A stretch of 63,909 nucleotides of DNA, counting the filler, from Hyphochytrium catenoides (Eukaryota > Protista > Hyphochytriomycota), in assembly GCA_900088475.1 (NCBI GenBank). It is 11 parts of 11 records of this genome, joined end to end, with 100 filler letters (N's around TTAATTAATTAA, not from the genome) between each part and the next. Parts side by side here need not be neighbours in the genome. Positions count along the whole stretch, not along the records: positions 58,657 to 61,487 come from FLMG01001132.1; positions 61,588 to 62,807 come from FLMG01002698.1; positions 62,908 to 63,909 come from FLMG01000601.1; 8 more parts are not named here. One strand, 5' to 3'. A program made the translations under genes and the position numbers. The stretch's first letter is position 1; the number at the start of each line of letters is the position of its first letter. Positions 60,061 through 63,909 of the stretch are shown one piece after another. The notes beneath the pieces are model-generated. The model was not told the origin of the DNA. It saw only the letters and a program-made list of their open reading frames with translations, and ran no database searches.

Positions 60061-61587
60061 ATGCCCCGTTCCCTCCTCGGCCCGCGCCAGGTCTTCTGCC
60101 CAGGCTTCTGTCTTGGTACTTCCTAACTGCTGCCAAGTAGAGCCAAGAAGAGATTAATCCTGTTTGTGGGTGGGTCTTTGAACGAGCTGGGGCGGATCCG
60201 GATGCCCCAAGAAACTCCACTGGATGTTGAGAAGAGCGGTCGGGGAAAGAACTAACGGATTCACCCCTTTCCAGTGGCAGTACGTAGGGATCCTCCTCCT
60301 TCCTTTCTGCTCTCTCCTTTTTCCTTCTCCCTACTGGACTTGACCAGCTATCCCCTCGCCGCAAAAGAGAAAGGGTTACCTCCTCACCCCAAAAGATGGC
60401 TCTGATGCTTCCACGAGGAAGGCAGAGGAGGAGGCCGCTTCAACCAGCCGCCAATCCACCCCAGGCAGGCATGCTGAGAGAGTCCAGTCCCGCAGCCTCC
60501 TTTTTTGATGAGCTCTATGCCGTAAATCGGAAGACAGACAGAGCAAGCGACGAATCCCAACAACTTGCATAAAGACTAAAGGTCAAGACCAAGAAGTGAA
60601 AGGCTGCAAACCAACAACGATCCGCCAGAAAAAGAGAACTGAAGAACAGTCCAAAAGGAAGAAAAGACAAGAATCAACAATAGAAAACAACCAAAAAAAG
60701 AGAACAGACGGGCAGACCGAAAGGGCGTCACACAGAAGCACATGAAGCAAAGAAGGAATTAACACAAAGGTCCANNNNNNNNNNNNACAACGCCTAAAGT
60801 GAAGACACAAGGGAAGGGAAGAGAAGAGAGCTCGTTTTAACCTAGAGGTAGGCAGGGGTGTCTCGTCGAGCGGCTGCTGGTCTGTGGCTGAGGAGGTTGA
60901 TCTGGGCCTCCTTTTTTTCACTCCGCCTTCCTCACCAATAGGAAACATCAGTGCCAGCTTTTGGTTCGAAGACTTTCCTTCTGACAGTGAGAGAAAAGCG
61001 TTAATCAAGACCAACGACGAGAGGGAGAAGCAAAGGGGGAAAAAGCAGAAAGAAGCAACACGAAGGAGAGAAAGGAGGATCACCACTTCTTGTCACCAGC
61101 AGATGGAGAGTTAGCGTAGAATGGCGCCAGCGGCGTTGCTTGGTTGGAGTGGCTGACACGACCAGAAGGAGGGGTGTGCTGAGGCTGTGGGACCGGTTGT
61201 GATGCTGGCTGTGGGCGTCCTAGTCTGGGCGGTGGTGCTGGCTGTGGGTGGCGGTGCTTGTGGAAGAGATGGTCTTGGGGTAGATAGAAAGGCAGATAAA
61301 TAGCCGCAAGCGATCAAGAGGAGGAGAAAGAATTAGGGGCTACGGAGAGTAAACAAAGGAGAAGAGCTCAATCGACCGGATGGAAGAAGAGCTACAGGGA
61401 GAGAGGAAGCTGCAAGCTGGTGGAGACCGGAGAAGAGACGACAGATGAGTCCTGTCTGTCTCGCTGCTGCTGATCACTGTGTCAGACNNNNNNNNNNNNN
61501 NNNNNNNNNNNNNNNNNNNNNNNNNNNNNNNTTAATTAATTAANNNNNNNNNNNNNNNNNNNNNNNNNNNNNNNNNNNNNNNNNNNN

Positions 61588-62807
61588 ATGTGCAAAAAGA
61601 CAGGCTGTTCCACGAGCCTGCGCTTCAGGGCTTCAAATGCTGTCATCTGTTCCTGACCCCACCTAAAGGGCTTCCCGTTCCCCAGCATGCTGGATGGGCG
61701 CTGCCAACCGAGCAAAATCTTTTATGTAGCGGCGATAGTAGTCCACCATGCCTAAAAAGACTCGCACCTCCGAGACATTACGCGGAGGTGGCCGTGCTGC
61801 GATGGCCTCTACTTTACTCTGTAACGGAGAGATGCCTCCCCGCTGAACCCTATGGCCTAAAAAATCAACTGCTTCTTGAATAAAGAAACATTTAGCTAAT
61901 TTAACTTTAAGACCTTGTGCCCTAAGACGCTGCAAGATGTCTTTAAGATGTGCTATGGGGTCCTCTCCCTCCTTGGTAAATACTAGGAGATCATCGATAT
62001 AGCAGACGACAAATTGAAATCTGATGCCTTCCAAGGTGAAATCCATAACTTCCTGGGAAATGTTAGGCGAAACCTTAGCTCGCATTGGAAGGCGCTGATA
62101 AGCAAAAGCGCCCTCGTCTGTCACGAAGGTGAAGACCTGGCCCATTTCCTCTGTTATACCAACTTGATGGAACCCCTCCGCTAGATCCATCGTCGAGAAC
62201 CAGTGTGCTCCATGCAAACCATCAAAGAGATCGTCTATCAAGGGAATGGGGTATGGGTATTTGTGAAGGTGGTCATTCACTCTCCTCAGATCTAGGACGC
62301 AACGATCCCCGCCTTTTGGCTTCCGTACAAGCAAAAATGGCGACGAGTACTGCGCTGTGGCAGTACGCTTGATAACGCCTTTCTCCAAGAGCTCTCGCGC
62401 ATGGCTCTTGACCTTCTGCTTCTCCAACGGGGACATCCGCCGACGCGGGGTGGTGCGTGGCAGTCCTGGTTGCACAGGAGCTGCATACTCCTTATCTCGA
62501 AAGTGTCCTAGCTGATCTCCTTCAACCCATAAAACGTCCCTCGATGCCAACAATAGCGACTCTAACCTCTGCCGATGTTCTGCCGGNNTCCTGACCAATC
62601 AACATATCCGTCCTCAGACCTTCGACGACTAAAAATCTCCAGTCTAGAAAATGAGAGCCCATCTCTACAATGAGCCGCACCGCTCCTTTTGTCCGCATAG
62701 ACCCCGTACCCAAAGCATCGTACAGGGTTTGCTTCTTATCGTGGAGCTTCACTCCTGCTGCATGCTCCTTGAGCCACGCCCAGCTTACAAGAGAAACCTC
62801 CGCTCCT
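61588..62807 (-). mobile_element. Ty3/Gypsy pol fragment (protease C-terminus + RT), second family, frameshifted
   Basis: GAEVSLVS...DMLIGQ protease; RT YSSPFLLVRK, RCVLDLRRVN, YPIPLIDDL, FSTMDLAEGFHQV, CYIDDLLV, VDFLGH, VRVFLGMVDYYRRYIKDFA. Confidence 0.93.
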
Positions 62808-63298
62808 NNNNNNNNNNNNNNNNNNNNNNNNNNNNNNNNNNNNNNNNNNNNTTAATTAATTAANNNNNNNNNNNNNNNNNNNNNNNNNNNNNNNNNNNNN
62901 NNNNNNNGAGAGAGAGAGAGAGAGAGAAGGAGGAAACCAGAGAGACACAAAGTAAGAGCAACCGTACTGAAAAGAGCTGAGGGAAGAAAGAGAACAGAGT
63001 AACCGCCAGACGGGTAGACGGAATATTGACTTGAGTAGAGGTTGAGACCGAGTGAACGAGAGTGAAGAAGAGGAAACGAAAGCCGGCATAAAGAAAGAAA
63101 AGGACCGACGCAACAGCAGAGGGAAGAGAGCGAGAGCGAGCGAGAGAGAACGAGAGAAAGAGAGAGAGACCGAGAGAAAGAGAGGGAAACAGAGAGAGAA
63201 CGAGAGAGAGATGCATACAATACAATGGCGCGCAAAAGCTCTGTTCATAGCAACAGAGGAGGAGGCGGAGTCAGGTACCGTAGGCTAGAGAGGCATCG

Positions 63299-63337
<39 letters not shown>

Positions 63338-63401
63338 CCTAGAGGGTAATGCTGTGGAAGAGAGGAAGGAGAGAGGAAGATGAAGTTCCGAGTGACAGTA
63401 C

Positions 63402-63489
63402 CGAAAGCTTGAGAGTATAGATCCTCTCGCACAGGGCAGATTCCACTGAGACGAGCCTGCCTCTCAGCCAGCTTCCTCTCTAAATTTTC
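63402..63489 (-). CDS. DNALI1: Internal exon of axonemal inner-arm dynein light chain p28 (DNALI1/IDA4)
   Basis: AG-flanked, GT-ended 88-nt exon encoding ENLERKLAERQARLSGICPVREDLYSQAF, matching the p28 signature RQARETGICPVREELYSQCF; not in ORF track. Confidence 0.88.
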
Positions 63490-63909
63490 CTAACCAAACA
63501 GTGAAGTCAAGGCCTGGACATGCGGAGACTTCCTTTTTTTGCCTTTCTCACTCTCTCTCTCTCTGGCTGTTGCTCTCTCTTCTCTTCGCTGTTCTCATTC
63601 TCTTCCTTTTTCCTCTTATTCCCAATCCTTCTGTTCCTCTTCGGCCCTTCTTCCGATTTTCCTCTCTTTCTTTATGGAACTCTCTCTCTCTCTCACTCCT
63701 TTTTCTCGCTTACGACTAACATACGCCGTCATGGACTATGTCTCTCCATGCCTCTCGCTCTCGATGTTCCTCTCTCCCTATTCTTCCCTCTCGAAGAATT
63801 TCTCTCTCTCACTCTCTCTCTCTCTCTCTTTCTCTCTCTCCCTCCCTCCTCCTCCTCCTCGTCTCTAACTCTCTTCTCTCTCTCGTGTTCTCCTTCCATT
63901 CAGTCTCAC

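Noticed and set aside
57227-61487. Exon-like fragments on two small contigs
   Set aside because: In-frame stops and no recognisable family; cannot support a CDS call
102-63868. Numerous long ORFs rich in RERERE or SLSLSL
   Set aside because: Translations of (GA)n/(TC)n intronic microsatellites, which lack stop codons; the real exons are short islands within them

Overview
Eukaryotic draft assembly: 11 contigs joined by artificial 100-nt N/TTAATTAATTAA/N linkers, so adjacency across linkers is not biological. The organism is intron-rich and flagellated (BBS2, axonemal dynein light chain p28). It is probably a stramenopile, inferred from the CSN5 insertion, an RRxL secreted lectin and PSxQ-type repeats. 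Most long ORFs in the supplied track are artefacts of (GA)n/(TC)n microsatellites. Spliced genes reconstructed by hand: ATG16, FetB/UPF0014 permease, BBS2, a probable CWC24/RNF113A 5' end, RAD17 (with an unusual SIM plus two NZF zinc fingers at the N-terminus), a DUF1275 membrane protein, CSN5, a RING/TRAF pseudogene, CIA30/NDUFAF1, a bulb-type lectin, an F-box/LRR protein and one DNALI1/p28 exon. There are also two Ty3/Gypsy elements and other decayed transposons. Most striking observation: long introns are polarised, with (GA)n next to the donor and complementary (TC)n next to the acceptor and never the reverse among those I reconstructed, a possible structure-assisted splicing class. These coexist with compact introns, and three GC-AG introns are needed by the gene models. 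All calls come from manual reading; no database searches were run.
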